64,000 bases of DNA from a virus (lineage: Duplodnaviria > Caudoviricetes). Each line of letters starts with the position of its first letter. Positions within the stretch are counted from its first letter, which is position 1. Below the pieces are notes generated by a model, which saw only the letters and a program-made list of their open reading frames with translations, was not told the origin of the DNA and ran no database searches. Below, piece after piece: positions 63,567-64,000 of the stretch. The translations under genes and the position numbers were made by a program. The stretch is taken from positions 1 to 64,000 of IMG/VR virus record IMGVR_UViG_3300010998_000026. One strand, 5' to 3'.

Positions 63567-63572
63567 TATAAT
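63544..63572 (+). promoter_or_regulatory. sigmaA-type promoter
   Basis: TTGACT-17-TATAAT. Confidence 0.75.
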
Positions 63573-63595
63573 ATAAATATAAAGAATAGATACTT

Positions 63596-63669
63596 ACAGG
63601 ATGTGGTGTAATGGTAACATGTCGCATTTGGGATGCGAAGTAGCGGTTCGAATCCGACATCTTGTACCA
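63596..63669 (+). tRNA. tRNA-Pro(TGG)
   Basis: TCGCA-TTTGGGA-TGCGA; ACCA; short T stem. Confidence 0.85.
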
Positions 63670-63752
63670 TGGGGAACGGAAAGGTAGCTCCTTATACGGG
63701 ATTTAAGAGTGCCTCTATCACTCAGCCATAATTTTCAATAGAGGTGAAAATT

Positions 63753-64000
63753 ATGCCTAAAAAATGGACGCAAGAAACTTTTGAACAAAAAATAAAAGAA
63801 TATAGCAATGATACTGTAATAGTAATTGGGCAATATATAAATAGAAAAACACCGGTTGAAATAGAATGTAAAACTTGTCACTATCAATGGTCTTATTCTC
63901 CTTTATCATTAATGCCTTCTTCTTAGAAAAAATATCATTTTAAAGGATGCCCTAATTGTAAATATATAGAAACTACTTGTTAGGAATGTGGTAAAACATT
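63753..64000 (+). CDS. Zinc-ribbon protein, probable homing-endonuclease N-terminus (partial, code 15)
   Basis: KWTQETFEQKI...YINRKTPVEIECKTC...GCPNC...C(Q)ECGK; runs off the window through TAGs; RBS GAGGTG. Confidence 0.55.

Overview
Segment of a large AT-rich phage genome, most likely infecting gut or rumen Bacillota (sigmaA-type TTGACT-N17-TATAAT promoters, AGGAGG RBSs, SpoIID-type lysin). It uses genetic code 15 (TAG = Gln): the fragmented ORFs in the supplied track join in frame through TAG into full genes ending in TAA/TGA. Layout: 1-480 origin-like hairpins plus an AT-rich tract; 0.6-7.3 kb small early-type genes; 7.3-8.8 kb multi-domain endolysin on the minus strand; 9-51 kb virion and tail-fibre genes (including a ~2765-aa protein) with a small spore-protein-like cluster; 51.4-63.7 kb an RNA island with 23 tRNA genes, several large structured ncRNAs (ROOL-like and others) and a set of unusual tRNA-derived RNAs. 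The most novel-looking items are: (i) five 'CAGCAA' stem-scaffold RNAs, each directly behind a tRNA 3' end, carrying circularly permuted tRNA bodies and/or anticodon stem-loops; (ii) a tRNA-Leu(UAA) interrupted by a 49-nt minihelix-ACCA insert; (iii) an amber suppressor tRNA with a Trp-like body and a 19-nt insert resembling a Gln anticodon loop; (iv) tRNA-like RNAs with replaced or missing anticodon arms. All calls come from manual reading; family names are unverified by database search.
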